Of a stretch of DNA of 64,000 bases, positions 25,501 through 38,516 are shown piece by piece. The notes below the pieces were generated by a model. That model saw only the letters and a program-made list of their open reading frames with translations. It had not been told where the DNA came from and made no database searches. Source of the stretch: Mobula hypostoma (Eukaryota); the NCBI RefSeq assembly GCF_963921235.1, contig NC_086102.1, forward strand, positions 174,034,001 to 174,098,000, read 5' to 3'. The position numbers and the translations under genes were made by a program. Each line of letters opens with the position of its first letter. Position 1 is the stretch's first letter.

Positions 25501-26242
25501 TTATTCTTCTTTCTTTAACCCAGAAACAAATGAGAGCTTATGAATGTTTACTCATTCATGAGATCAAGGTGAAAGTGATTGATTTCATTAATGTCGTGCA
25601 ACTAAGTTTTTATATTGACTACCAGATTGTGGAATTGTGATTAAAATTCACTTGGTCTTCTGTTGGTTAGGCTTTTGCTTTCCCCAGAATTATCTTGTTT
25701 AGACACAAAGAAATTACTGTCGGCATAATTGAACATGATTGTAACTTTTGATTGGAGTCAGCAACATTCCTGATGTTTTTTTACAAGGTATAATTTAGTC
25801 CAGTTCATTCATTATTGTTGGAAATGAGCATTCAGCAAAAAATATGACCAGTCCCTCGAACCTGGTTTTAAATCACTCAAGCTTACATAAAAAAGAACTG
25901 CTCTGAAACATTAACAGTCTTGTTGGTGTGAGTCTGTTAGGAATCTAGCAAATTAAATACTTTCTGATATAAAAATATGTCCACTTTACAGCTTTGCATT
26001 CAATAGAAGGACTCAGGGTGAAGAGCCCTCCAAGTTAATGAATTCTTGCAATTTGATTAGGGACCAGTTTTATGGGCAATATGTGAATCCACAACTTGTT
26101 TGGTTAATCCCAAACTAATTATAATGATGACTGAAAAAAGTGGAAACCCTATTCTAGTTTTTGTGTTTGGAAGATAATACATTGTTTTAACTCCTTTCTG
26201 TTCTCTCCTTGTCTCATCTGAAGGCACTGGGTTAATTAAAGT

Positions 26243-26485
26243 TCAAAGTAAATTTCATTATCAGAGTACACATATGTCACCATATACAACCCTGAGAATC
26301 GTTTCCCCGTGGGCATTCTCAGCAAATCTATAGAATAGTAACTATAACAGGATCAATAAAAGATCAACCAGAGTGCAGAAGACAACAGACTTTTCAGATT
26401 TAAATATAAATAAGTAGCAATAAGTAATGGGAACATGAGATTAAAAGTGCCTAAAGAGAGATCATTTGTTGTGGGAACATCTATA
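26243..26485 (-). mobile_element. Rex1-like 3' tail
   Basis: Reverse of the Rex1 tail: CATATGTCACCATATACAACCCTGAGA. Confidence 0.8.
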
Positions 26486-29400
26486 TGGGTTTATTCTGGC
26501 CAGGTTTTCTGGTGCTTCACCCTTCAGCCTAAGCAGGGAATGTAAACTTGCATGCCATTATGAGTGTGTTACAAATAGCCCTGTTTCATAATTTAAGTAT
26601 GATTTGATAATGATCCTTTATGATTCTGATGAAGCTAAAACTGAAACCAATGACAGGAGTCCAATCTGTACCCTGACAGAAATCAATGCAGCCTCGGATC
26701 CAAGCCCATGCCTTGTACCCTGTAACGCAGCTCCATATTGAGCAGTCTAGTAACCAAATGAGGATTTAGAGCCGCAGGAAGGTCAAAACCACAGGGTGAA
26801 TTATCTGTTCTTCTTTCTTTGACCAATTCACCTTAACCCTGGCCCAAAGGAAAGCAGGCAACCTGTTTCCTAGTATCTGACATAATCAATGTGAAGACAA
26901 CAAATAACATTTTTATGACAGCAGACCTGGGTGACATTTGCAAAAGTATTTCTTCCTTGCCTTACTGAAGAGAGGCATTTGCCCTCTGCCCCAGATTGCC
27001 TAGAGCAGCATGAAGAAATCAGAAAATCATCATGTGAAGGAACTGTTTGTCTGTCCTTGTGGATCTTTCCATTCAGACAAGTTAAAGAGAACATTCAAAT
27101 AGCTGCTTTTCGTTGGCAGGAACAGCCTTGAATTAGGCTGAAATCTGGCATGAAAGCAAAGCCATCCAACTTCTCACAATTATGACAATGCAAGCACCAA
27201 GACCCATGGAAAATAGAATGTCACAGAGAGGGAAACTTGTAATTATATTCTTTCAAGTATTTATTCTTCCTCAATAGCAGGACAACAGGTGTCCCGCGCA
27301 CATAACCTCATACAGAACCATTACTTCTGCAGAGGTTGCATTGTCTGCTGTGATTAGGCTGGCTGCGTCAGTGCAGTTCTGGCGCCAAGTGTGCAGTGGA
27401 ATGGGCACAGAATGTGTGTCTACACTGTCTGCACGCACTGCTGAGCAGAGCCGGTGCACAGCTGAGTATGTACTCCAACATATGCATGAGCTACCATTTG
27501 CCAAGCCTCCAATTCTGCAGGTGGATTTTCTATTGATCGCGTTGACCTGATGAAAGGGTTGTGGGTTGGGGGGGGGGGGGAGGTAAACAGATAGAACGCC
27601 GCCTTCGCTGTCAATAGTTTGTTTAAAAAAAAACAAACCAAAACGAAATAAATGATAGGCTTCGCACCAACGACAACAAAGCAAATCCGATGTGAAGTGA
27701 TCTCTTGGAGGTCTTCTTGCTTACATCGGAACTTCTAAGAATAGACAGGCACTAGCTGTATTGTACTGTATATTTGACAGCATTACAAGGAAAATCTTGG
27801 CATTGCCCCAGAACCCAAAAAAAAAACGCACTGTAATGACAGCAGAAGTCAAACCAGCTTCGAGATGATTTAGTAGTAGTGTCCCTAAGCCATACGATCG
27901 ACGGTGAGAGCATGTATTGCTCCACCACCCAGTCGCTTGTCAACAAACCTCAGTTCAAGGAAGCGCTGGATGAAGCCACCCAATTCGTTCCCGCGGCCTA
28001 GAAAGAGTATAAATTATCATAAACAAAAGATTGCGTGTGAGGGTAATGCAGGGAACTAATCTGATTAATGGACACGGGTAACATCTTAAGCTGCAAAAAC
28101 AAGAGAGGAATGGATTGAGACCATTTTTTGTTCACGCAAAAATATTGCTTGGTAGGTACTCCAGGCGATCTGTTCTTTGCAGATGGCTTGGGGTCTGGCT
28201 TTGCCTGCAGAAGCTGCCACTGGGTCCCAGATCTTGGATGCATGTTCAGACCGAGGGGTTGACAGATGATGTCATTAGCAAAACAAAAAAAAACGATTAA
28301 GGGCTAATTTATAGACATCAGGAATTTCTGCGTGTACTTTGCAGAATATTTGAACAAGGTGACGGGACAGCTTTCGCAACACCTGCGAGTATTAGAAATG
28401 AGCGTGATTCCGTTCCGCGACTGCAGCTCCCGCAACTTTGGCAGGTTCTTCCAGCTGCCTGAAGCCCTCAGTACGGACATCTCACTCTGCCGTTTTGAGC
28501 TTTACCGTGGTTGCGGGGGTCGGGGGACGGTGCTGGTCCGGGTTTGGGTGGGTGTGGGGAGGAGTGGGTTAGAGATGGCATTGGTTGGGACATTGCTTTC
28601 AAGAGCACAAAATGTTCCTCGCACTCCTCCCAGTTTAAAAAGATACAGATTGCATCTATATGGCTAACCTAAATCCATTCGTTCCTCCGTAAGCAAAATT
28701 GAGCCAAGCCAGATATTCGTTTGCATATTCAGGGTCATCTATCCCCAAACTCGAATGGGACCGCATTGTCTGTATTCTGCGTTTTATTCTCCGGGGTTTG
28801 AGGCATCTTTGTGAGATCTCTTTGTTTTGAGTTACGTTCGTGCTCTACACGCTCCAACGCCTGTTCTGGCCATAACTGCCCCCATCCAAATCCCTCTCTC
28901 GCCAGATGCTTTTACTATATAGCTGCCCCTCTACTTCTTCGTACTTTGCGAGACCGGTTTGTCTGCCGTCGCTTGTACCCTACGCTCCAAGTCCAGCTCT
29001 GTAGCGGCCCCAGCTGCCGATCACTCTCTGTGGAACCTCTATAAAGCGCCGTCCATACACATGCACACAAACGTACAAGCTGCCTCCAAATACCACCAAT
29101 TATATATGATAGCGCACTGAGATCTTAAGCTGCCAGTAAACAGACCAACCTTAGTAACACCACTTAAAAAGACTACTGTACCTCTTTAGGCCGGTAGTTG
29201 ATTTCTTTGAGAACTGTTCAGCTAGGTTGGTTTAAACCGTATATGGGAATTCATATTTTCTGTCTTTTAGAGCTGTTTGATTGCCCTCAATCGAATTGTT
29301 TCATACTTAAGGCAATCCTTAATTCCCACGGTTATGAATATCCGTTCCGCCCAGCGCTGGTTAAAATCAGCTTACACCTGCACAGTAAGAAAACTGAATG

Positions 29401-31229
29401 GATAGAATTTCGATGAGATTTATTTCTCTGGTTCTGTCTTATCGCCTGATATTATTTTACAATATTCACCGTCCATTAAATGAAACGTTCCGCTATTTGT
29501 GATCAAACAGCATTAGAAGTGTAACAATTACACTAGCGAAACTAATTTAAAAGTTTCTTTGAAATAATCAAATTATTGTTCTTGTGTCTTACACATTTTT
29601 TCAAAATAGATGCACAACGGCACTTCACATTGAAGGGTGTGTGTGGTATCTTACTACGTGAAGCCTACGCACGTAGTGAGGACTATTTCGATTTACGCTA
29701 AACACTGAATTTATACAAAAATACTGATCCGTATTATGGTGTGAAATGATGCTGTTGTGCATATAACAGGTGCCAGTTGGAACATCTACAGTTACGCATC
29801 GAAAAGGCACTGGTTCACATACTACAGTCGAAATTTCCGAACAAAATCTTTAAAATGACATGAGAAGAAATTGTGGTTGATTGAAATTAATACACGTTGA
29901 AATAAATCGCAGATGGGAGATTATAATGCAAAACTAGATGAATTTTAACTTAAATTCCACGTTTTCAGAACTAAAAATATACGCCCCTTGTAGCATTTTA
30001 TGCTGATTTATTTTAGAAAATACCCTTCTACTCAAAAGACAGCAATTCGAGAAGTTTTGGCTCCTCCGTGCCGAGCAGGTAAAACAAAAATCAGAATCCA
30101 GACGCTGTGCTAAGCCAAGTCCGAGAGAGGAATTCAATTTACAGAGCAAATTGCAAATACCAATACAATATTTATTAAATAATATTTATTACATGATGTA
30201 CTGGGATCCCAACTCAAGCCGTTAAAGAGTATTCAGTATTAAGACGAAAGCGTTCTGCCAACATTAATGATTTTGTTGCCCAACTCAGATTGATTTTCTT
30301 AAATATACCCCTAAAAACTGGTCCAACATTCACTGACACTTCTGTTCTGTTGCGACAAACTTTTTAAAAAATCCGATAATGAGGCCGCTAACAGCATCAG
30401 GATTATTTCGAGTCGGCAATCGTGCTAACTTGGATTGATAAATTCGGGGAATTGAAAAAGCGATAAGCGGAAACAGCGGTTTCTGGCTGCGCATATCTTC
30501 GTAAGTAATGTCTAGCTATGTCAAGTAATGACACAAAAAAAAGGTTTTCTTCATTCATAGTTACCGAGGCGCTGCACGAAGGAAAATTTCGCATCTTTTC
30601 ACTGCGAAACTAATCTGAATTCCTTATCTGAAGACAAGAGAAGCTGATCTTGTGACATTCATGAAATCGAGAAATTCTCTGGGTAGCTATTTCCTTTAAT
30701 TTATTTGAATCCCAAGACAGAATACATGAATAACCGATAACCAAATGCTATTCAGATAGGATGTCGGAAACCTTAATTGCATTTCTCATTAGGAAAGGTA
30801 CTTAAACTGATGGGACATTTCTGACTATTATATACAAAGCTTGCAATACAACATAGAAAGGCTTGGAATTTCGGAGAGCGTTAGGAAAACGCATTCTATT
30901 CAGTGCGTTCTCTATTCAAATAAAATTCAGCCCTGTTTACTAAAGTCCAATAAATATTTGCCCAAATGTTCATTTAAAAACTCTTCGCGTCACATTAAAA
31001 TTTAGTATTGTGATCATCGAATAAAATTATCAATTCACACATATACGCCTTCGCTGTTATCTTCTTCCCGGCGATTTACAGAGAAAAGAGTTGCTTTGAT
31101 GAATGTGAGGTTGCGCCAAATGGGTGCAGCGGGTGAATTAAATCGAAATAGTACGTTTCAATTTGAATGGGAGACTACAGAGGTAAAATTCACGGTGATT
31201 CCGATTAAGTACACATGAACCCACGAAAT

Positions 31230-32532
31230 AGCTATTTGAAGACATCTTTTATTTTTGTAAACATTAAATGTTTCTTTCTCAAAGAAAGAATTCTCAGAAA
31301 ACATACTTTAAGCATTTCTAAATGTAAGATACACAATAGAAAAGGCAGTGACTTGTAGGTCAAAATGTATACGTACCGCATACATATATATATTTTAATA
31401 TACAAAGTAAAACCTACATGTATGTAAATACTTTCTTTTAAAAATCCCACTAAAACATGAAATGACAAGTGTCACCTTTTTGCAGACGTTTGGAAAGTAG
31501 GACAAAGTGCTCAGTAAATTGCAGGAGATTTCCCCCAAAAGCACTCTGAAAACTGTCAAAAGCAGGAGCATGCAAATTCATGTTAGACAACAAAAATAAT
31601 ATATAAACTTTTATCAACATCAACAGTACATACAACACTTACAAACGATGAATGTTGAACGATCTTTACAAACACAATGTATCTCTTTAAGATGCCAGTC
31701 GGTGTATGCTTGTAGCCAAATGCTAAAATTGTACATCTGCTAACAAGATATCAAACACTACATCTGTCTTTAAAAAAAATCTAACAGACTACATAGTGTC
31801 TGGAATACTATTTCTTAGGTTCTCATACTGTAGACATAATCCATCAAGAAGATACCAAGTGCCTATAATATTTCCAACATACAAGTATGAAGATTAGTCC
31901 TGCAATAGCATTCACATGCTTGGCCTTTATTTTTGCACTAACCACTAATAGATCTCCATCTTACATTTCTTCACTCTTACATTTCAAACCAATCAGAAAA
32001 ATAATCAGAGCAAAACTTAATTTGATAATTTACAATTGTTGCAGCTTTCTCTTTCGCTTTGGGCGCATCACGTCATCACATATTTGTTGTATTTATAATC
32101 ACCAATTCTTTATGTTATAGATACTATCGCATATATATGCTAAGAGCACGAGCTTTACTGAGGGTGGAGGTTACAATCCATTTTATACACTGCAATTATG
32201 AGTTCTATCAAAAGTTGAACGGATTTTGACAGGAATGCATGTCCCCCCATTTGGGGAAGCTCCATCTCGTCAATAAAAAAAGACTAAACGGATAATTAAA
32301 AACTGTATATACCACGTTTTGAGGGTTTATTTGCTGTGAATCCTAGCCAGTAAACGATTGTAATACAAAGTTTTAACAAGCGCAAAAAGTTGTCAACCTT
32401 TCTGCAAATGCATTTGGCACCAAAGTCCCGTTCCACTGTAGAAATGTCTCTGCCGCATTTCTGCGGCACTTTAATGTCCTTTATCATAGTTTCACTATCT
32501 GTTTTATTCAGTCCAAATGCTTAGGGTTGCTT
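31230..32532 (-). other. NR4A2: NR4A2 3' UTR
   Basis: AU-rich, repeat-free sequence following the stop; AATAAA at 31253-31248 followed by a GU-rich tract. Confidence 0.75.
31248..31253 (-). terminator. Likely major polyadenylation signal of NR4A2
   Basis: TTTAATGTTTACAAAAATAAAAG on minus strand, with downstream TTTCGTGGGTTCATGTGT. Confidence 0.65.
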
Positions 32533-32823
<291 letters not shown>

Positions 32824-32923
32824 TTACTTAAAGTTTGCTATTGGGCAGTACAGCGCGGCGTTGAAGGGGTTAAAGATTTTATTGTGGGATTTAAGGAGAA
32901 AGGCTTAAAATAAATGTGCTGAC

Positions 32924-33102
32924 CTGTTACCATGGCGAGGGCAGCAATGCAGGAGAAGGCTGAAATGTCTATGTTCATACTGTGCAGGTTGGACGAAAAG
33001 TCAATGATTGAATCTATCCATTCCCCAAAGCCGCGAACGCACTGCAGTCTGTGCAGTACCACCCCATTGCAAAATATTAGCTTGCCGTCCACAGGGTTGG
33101 AC
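32924..33102 (-). CDS. NR4A2: NR4A2 coding exon 5: LBD
   Basis: [59 protein letters not shown]; tttcag| acceptor, G|GTCAGC donor; 179 nt. Confidence 0.98.
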
Positions 33103-33247
33103 CTGAAATTAACAATTATAACGTTACTAATTACTGTGCAATAACAAGTCCCTTTAATTAGTGCAAAGCAATAAAATTTAGATCATTGAAGCTTGATGGG
33201 GTAGGGTGTGGAAAAGTGTCAATGACACATTAGAACTGCATACGCAC

Positions 33248-33450
33248 CGGTAGGCCAGCCTCAAGACGAACAGTTCCAGGAAAGCCGATTCAAAAAGCAG
33301 CTCTTGGTCCTCTTTTGGAAGGTCGGTATAACCAGGGATCTTTTCTGCCCAACCGCGGATTATTTCCATAGAGCCTGTCAGAAGGTCGTAGAACTGCTGG
33401 ATGTGCTCCGTGTCCCCGCCGCTCAGTTGGTATTCGGGGTTGGACTGGAA
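33248..33450 (-). CDS. NR4A2: NR4A2 coding exon 4: ligand-binding domain (LBD)
   Basis: [68 protein letters not shown]; tctag| acceptor, CG|GTGCGT donor; 203 nt, frame-consistent. Confidence 0.97.
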
Positions 33451-33971
33451 CTAGATTTTTAAAGATCAATAAAGACCCGTTAGACTAAATGTAAAGTCAC
33501 ACCTGCTTTGCGCACAGGGCGACCTTCTAATTCTGCTAACAACTGCAATTATATGGTTATTGACCAATTAGTAAATATAATTCCTGAATAGATTCGAAAG
33601 TGGTGTTTATTTTCACATTTTAAAACAAAAATCTTTCAAATTGCCCAATGCTGTTAGCCAATTAAATAAAACACTCTCAACCCATTCCAAACATTATGGA
33701 TTTTTAAAGTTCATTCATTGTTTTGGTAATCTCTGTAAATGGCATTACAAGTTAACCTTGTTTTACATCTCTGGTCACGGAAGATGGGAGTGAAAATGAC
33801 ATGTGTTTTAACTGCAGTCCCTTAAAAATCAAAGTCATTGCATACCTATTTTCTAATATATTGATGAATCTAATAGGACTGAATCAGTAACCCGGAGATC
33901 GCGCGGTCAAATTGTTTTAGACAGACAGAAAATTGGCTGGCGATTTGTGGAAAAGCAATTGTGGGACTCAC

Positions 33972-34135
33972 TCGAGAGTAATCGAGGTTGGACATGGCAG
34001 GGTTGGAGTCGACGTGCGCTCGGACCAAGGCTGTGATGAGACTGACGGGAGGAGACGGCGGCGACGGCTCTTGAGGGCTCTTCGGTTTGGACGGGAGGCG
34101 TCCCCTGCGACCCTTCAGGCTATCCGTACGAACGA
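33972..34135 (-). CDS. NR4A2: NR4A2 coding exon 3: C-terminal extension (A-box RGRLP) and hinge
   Basis: [55 protein letters not shown]; ttttcag| acceptor, CGA|GTGAGT donor; 164 nt. Confidence 0.98.
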
Positions 34136-34221
34136 CTGAAAAAAAAAGCAAAACTCAGATCTGGGACAATTCCTTTGATAAAAGCGTCATTTGCTCTCTT
34201 GCAAAAGTTGGTGCATAATTA

Positions 34222-34494
<273 letters not shown>

Positions 34495-35077
34495 TTAAAG
34501 GGTGGATTTTACAGTGTGCGCAGCGGCTCTAACCGTCTGCCCCTATCCCATGGTCTCGCTGTACTTGATATGCGAAGAAAGCAGAACGCAGACAGTGGGT
34601 AAATACAAATTCGTGGGCATTCATATTATTTACATCCCTCCGAGACCCCTCGATTTAAAATGATAAGATTATTCAATCATGGTGCTGAAATAAAGAGATC
34701 ACCTTAATTTTACCACAGGGAATTGTGTTCCACTTGGTTAACTTAGACACGGCTTAATGTTGTTACCAATTTAAATCTCAAGGAGTCAGCTGAGTTTGTG
34801 ACAGACGCTATAGCTGGTTCCCACTGCCGTCTGTATTTGAGACAATCACACCAAAAGCTGCTCTTGTAAACAAGGTAAATTGGTGCAGACAGAAATGTCT
34901 GTTACAATGTTGAACCCACAGTACGCCTTTGTACGACGCCGGGTCCTTCTGCTTTTCGCGGCAGTGGGTTCCATTTAAACCCCACACACATAATGAGCAA
35001 ACACGCGGAAAATAGCCTTTCCATTTATTCCGCGAACACCATAAAATTTGAATTAAACTTTAAAATGAATCAATTAC

Positions 35078-35935
35078 CTTGAAAAAGCCTTTACAGCCCT
35101 CGCAAGTGCGGACTCCGTAGTGCTGGCAGGCGGCGTTGTCTCCGCAGACGGCGCACAGGCCTTCGTTTGATGGGGAGCTTCGAGAAGGAGGCGATGGGAC
35201 CTGGTTGTCCACCAGCTGAGACCCATGGCCGATCTGGAGACCGGGAAAGCCCACGGATGCCTGTTTTCGGATGGGATTGGGGACAGCGAAGTTTTGGCTG
35301 TCCACCACGTGATGCCCTCCTCCCGTCTCAGGGTTCATGGAAATGTGTAAGGGGTTATCAAATCTCATTTGACAGCTAGAGACTGGGGTGCCGGGAGGAG
35401 ACTGCTTGAAGGAAAAGAGAGATAGTCTTGAAACCGTTGACTTCCGCTGATCTATCATGTGGGTGGTAGCTACATAGTTTTGAGAAAAGCTGTGAAGAGA
35501 ATTGGGGTCATCCCACAATGGGTTATGCTGGACCTGAAAGCCTGGGGGTGTTGGGGTAGGAGGTGGAGATGGCTTGTAATACATAGAGCCAGAGTGCATC
35601 ATCTCCTCTGGTGGGTGCTGTAGGTGGTTCTGTTGGTGATAGCCGTTCATCTGGATGTCTTCGATCTTGATGGGGGACTGCTGGTTGGACAGTGGCATCT
35701 GGTACAAGCAAGGCGGTTTCACGTCGTAACTAGTGCTGTAATTCTCCATGAAGGTGCTGAAGCTTGGCAGCGATGTGGTAGCTGTTATTTCGGTGTTTGT
35801 GAGATCCATGCTGAACTTTACGAACTCTGGCGTTAAGAAGTCAGAGCTGTATTCCCCACTGTGGTAGCTGTAGCTCTGAGAGGCTGGACTGGCTCCTTGT
35901 GGCGATGACCCATACTGAGCTTGAACACAGGGCAT
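35078..35935 (-). CDS. NR4A2: NR4A2/Nurr1 coding exon 1 (exon 3): N-terminal AF-1 domain and first zinc finger
   Basis: Translates [45 protein letters not shown]...[26 protein letters not shown]. Acceptor CAG|CC ATG at 35937, donor AAG|GTAATT at 35078. The ORF track's upstream start at 35968 is intronic. Confidence 0.98.
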
Positions 35936-36413
35936 GGCTGTAAATGAAAGTTCTGAACATGTACTCATACCATTTCAATGCATAAAACTTCTACTTTTAA
36001 ATCGTCTTGCTCTATACACCCAAGCCCCAGCGCTAAAATCTGAACTAACTAAATATGTCGAAATCATTTCACTTCAACCCAGGTAATATTACTTCCAGGT
36101 AATATGGAAGGTACTGTATACGAGTTGTTAGCATTTAAACGTACACATTTTCACCGTGTCCTCAGTAAAGTACCCCCTAATTACTTCTAAATGACAAATT
36201 TCAAAATACAGCCCAGTTTCTTTTGTTTTGCAATATTCGAGATGAAATCAAATATCTATCATGCAAATATTTCCATCAACAGGAGCAGAGTTTTAAAAAT
36301 ATGAACCGCATCGAGAATAGTATCTTCGATGCCGAGTTAATCAATGGAAAAATAATTTAATTAGCATAATTTGATAAATTAACACTTATAATTGCACAAT
36401 CAAATTGGCGTAC

Positions 36414-36535
36414 CTTCTGCCAAGTGGCTGTGAAAGAAATGAAAAGTAGACACTGTTGTGGTTTGTATTCCTGAAGAGCAGAATTCGGAATGTTTTCTAA
36501 ATCGCAGTTTCGGTGATAGTACAATAACAGCTTTT
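36414..36535 (-). other. NR4A2: NR4A2 non-coding exon 2 (5' UTR)
   Basis: Strong acceptor ttgttttccatttgctttcag| and donor GAAG|GTACGC; 122 nt. The 3' part (ACAACAGTGTCTACTTTTCATTTC...ACTTGGCAGAAG) resembles the recalled human exon 2 end (ACGACACTGTCCACCTTTAATTTC...ACTCGGCTGAAG). Confidence 0.8.
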
Positions 36536-37102
36536 CTGAAAGCAAATGGAAAACAAATAATCAGTAACCCCAGCCACGCCAAGTGTAAATTTTCATAGAA
36601 TAGTAACTACATTCTAAAGTCTTTCACCGGACACCTAACACTTTATTTCTATCCTTTTCAAGTAACATCCTCCTTGATTTCATATTTCCAAAGTTCCCGG
36701 CGTGCCCCGAAGGAGGGGATTTAACTCAAGCCCTGTAGGGACAATATTGTGCACTGCTTTCTGCCCCATTTTTCTCATCATCCTTTGGAAAAAAAATGTC
36801 GTTTTTGCTTAAGTGTCTTTCCGAATTCCCTGCATATTTTATATATGACTAACTCAACAACAGTCTCAACGCTTTTGCATACCAGATCACATTTCACTGA
36901 TTAATCCACGAGAGGAACCTGGGAGAGGCTATGACAACAGATGCAGGGAAATAATCACTTATATTTAGAAAAGATTGTTAGAGGAAGTTGGCTGATTTGT
37001 GATTATTAACGTAGCGCTGGCAGACTAAATTATTTCAATGTTAAATTATACCCATGGAAATATGCACCCGCATATTGCTACACGTTCTTTTATACGAAGA
37101 GT

Positions 37103-37106
37103 CACA

Positions 37107-37166
<60 letters not shown>
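37103..37166. repeat. (CA)n microsatellite in NR4A2 intron 1
   Basis: ~32 units with one TA interruption. Confidence 0.97.
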
Positions 37167-37168
<2 letters not shown>

Positions 37169-38252
37169 TTAAAGCAAATCGGCAGGTGTAGTAACGTATA
37201 TAGACAGCAGGCAGGCAGACACATAGACATAGGAAGAAAGGTAACTGTCTAGCGTTGATTCAAATTACATTGGTGCTCCCTAATGCTAACATAAGAAGGC
37301 GGGGGCTACGTAAAACAATTTTTTAAAAACGCACTAATAACCGATTACAACAAAAAAAAACTTGTAGGTTCTTTTTGCAAACCATTTTATATGGTTCGTG
37401 GGAGACCAAACAGTAAGAGTAAGAACCTCCGGCTTAAAATAAAGTTTCAGCAATATGCACATTCTTTGCACACATGCCTTTATAAACTTAAACTTGGAAC
37501 AATTCTACAACGTTAAAAGAATGTGTCTACTTTAAATTGATCAACCATAAACTGGTGCTTTAATTTATAATTAGTCCAAATAGCTTAGCTCGACACGATT
37601 ATAAGCAGATCGCCGCAGTTTCTAAATATCGAGAACCTTTTGGACTTATGCCTGTAGTATTCGCCATACCAAAATGCGCACGTCTAACTTTTTGCCAATT
37701 GGCTCGAATCGCTCTGTAAATCTTTAGGACAGTTGACCGATGTTTATATTTGTAACGCGACTGGGTACTTAGTGGTAGTTTAATCTTTTGGCAGTTTTGT
37801 ACAAGGCTTTTATCTTAATACTTCGCGTTGCCAGTCGCAAGGAAGACACGTGTGAATGAGATCCCGCTATCACGCCCCCATCCTAAACAGCTGTACAGGG
37901 TACCAGGTGGAACGTACAGGTCACCGCATTAACAACAAAGCCACGCGGGCGAAACTGGACATGTCCTGTGACTTCTGAGAGGAGGTGTTTAATCACTGCT
38001 TTGAATTATTGCTAGGACCAGTCTTTTAATTGCTTAATAACTGAGCTACGATGACCGGGACAGGAACAAAAAACAGCCAGCCAGCAACTGTTGTCGAGAA
38101 CCCACATTTCCAAAACTGACAAGCGCTCTCGATAATTCACAACATCCTCGGTAAAACTAAGCCTTGGCATTCAGAACTGCAGCAATGAACAATATAATGA
38201 AAATAGCCGTATAAACACGTAGCATGCGATTGCTCAAACATTGTATACCTAC

Positions 38253-38516
38253 TTGATTATTTTCTCTTTCCGCCTCTCATTTGGATGCTGTAGTCTGCAG
38301 GATGAGTAGAAAGTCAGCTTTATGTAGAATGAACTTTGAAGTGCAGCAGTGTTTTGAGTTAAAGCAGCGGCAGTGGTACAGGTTGTTGTTCTCGGCACTC
38401 TGAGCAGGCGATCAGACTCGGACTGGCCCTAGTCTCCAATGTGCCTTTGTTTATGTGAGCTCCTCTCTTCCACCGACAGCGTGTAACCAAGTCGCCGAGC
38501 GTCAGCGAGCGTCAGC
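38253..38516 (-). other. NR4A2: NR4A2 non-coding exon 1 (5' UTR); exact TSS uncertain
   Basis: Minus strand reads GCTGACGCTCGCTGACGCTCG...CACATAAACAAAGGCACATTGG...AGGGCCAGTCCG, matching the recalled 5' end of human NR4A2 mRNA; donor CAA|GTAGGT at 38253. Confidence 0.82.

Noticed and set aside
27556-27583. G-quadruplex-capable G-run
   Set aside because: Mostly a poly-G homopolymer, error-prone in assembly; no supporting context.
35936-35968. 11-aa N-terminal extension [11 protein letters not shown] in the ORF track
   Set aside because: Lies in intron 2, upstream of the CAG acceptor at 35938-35940; the conserved start is MPCVQ.
36620-36732. Additional UTR exon beginning at ccctacag|
   Set aside because: Weak donor and no homology support; 36414-36535 fits far better.
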